Source: an uncultured archaeon (GTDB taxonomy: Archaea > Thermoplasmatota > Thermoplasmata > Thermoplasmatales > Thermoplasmataceae). Taken from it: 64,000 bases of DNA. Made by a program: the position numbers and the translations under genes. Location of the stretch: contig CP009479.1 in the NCBI GenBank assembly GCA_000965745.1, positions 320,001-384,000 of the forward strand, in the 5' to 3' direction. The notes beneath the pieces were generated by a model, which was not told the origin of the DNA, searched no databases, and worked only from the letters and a program-made list of their open reading frames with translations. The first letter of the stretch is position 1; every line of letters begins with the position of its first letter. This document shows positions 63,937 to 64,000 of the stretch, in pieces.

Positions 63937-64000
63937 ATGCTAGATATATGGATTGAAAAATACAGGCCAAAGAATCTCTCTGAAATCCATGGCCAGAAAG
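63937..64000 (+). CDS. rfcS: Replication factor C small subunit, 5' end
   Basis: MLDIWIEKYRPKNLSEIHGQ, runs off the window. Confidence 0.85.
   Translation, partial: MLDIWIEKYRPKNLSEIHGQK

Overview
Archaeal chromosome segment from a Thermoplasmatales-type organism, based on an archaeal 16S, unlinked 16S and 23S genes, a Thermoplasma-type zinc ferredoxin, class I LysRS, NAC and Rpo6. The left ~27 kb is a visibly lower-GC accessory island. It holds a decayed integrated plasmid-like element (RHH, frameshifted P-loop helicase, HsdR_N-type nuclease, IS256-truncated integrase, large NDT-fold protein) and two ungapped 187-bp direct repeats that each start with the 3' half of tRNA-Lys(CTT) and flank a 2.65-kb toxin-antitoxin cassette. 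It also holds further TA modules, IS debris, a PadR/decarboxylase/molybdo-hydroxylase cluster, a processive GT2 and a 3.5-kb islet bounded by a duplicated tRNA-Phe 3' end. The right ~37 kb is core genome: cca, purM, 23S, lysS, metG, rpoK, 16S, secE-spt5, rpl11-1-10-12, the HMG-CoA synthase operon, purN and rfcS. Best leads are (1) the tRNA-Lys att-repeat cassette array, (2) the stand-alone NDT-fold candidate defence protein, (3) a mevalonate-operon thiolase with all three catalytic residues substituted, (4) an ORF-less IS200/IS605 omega-RNA-like element and (5) a shared promoter motif linking the replication and integrase genes. All product calls come from recognising motifs by eye; no searches were run.
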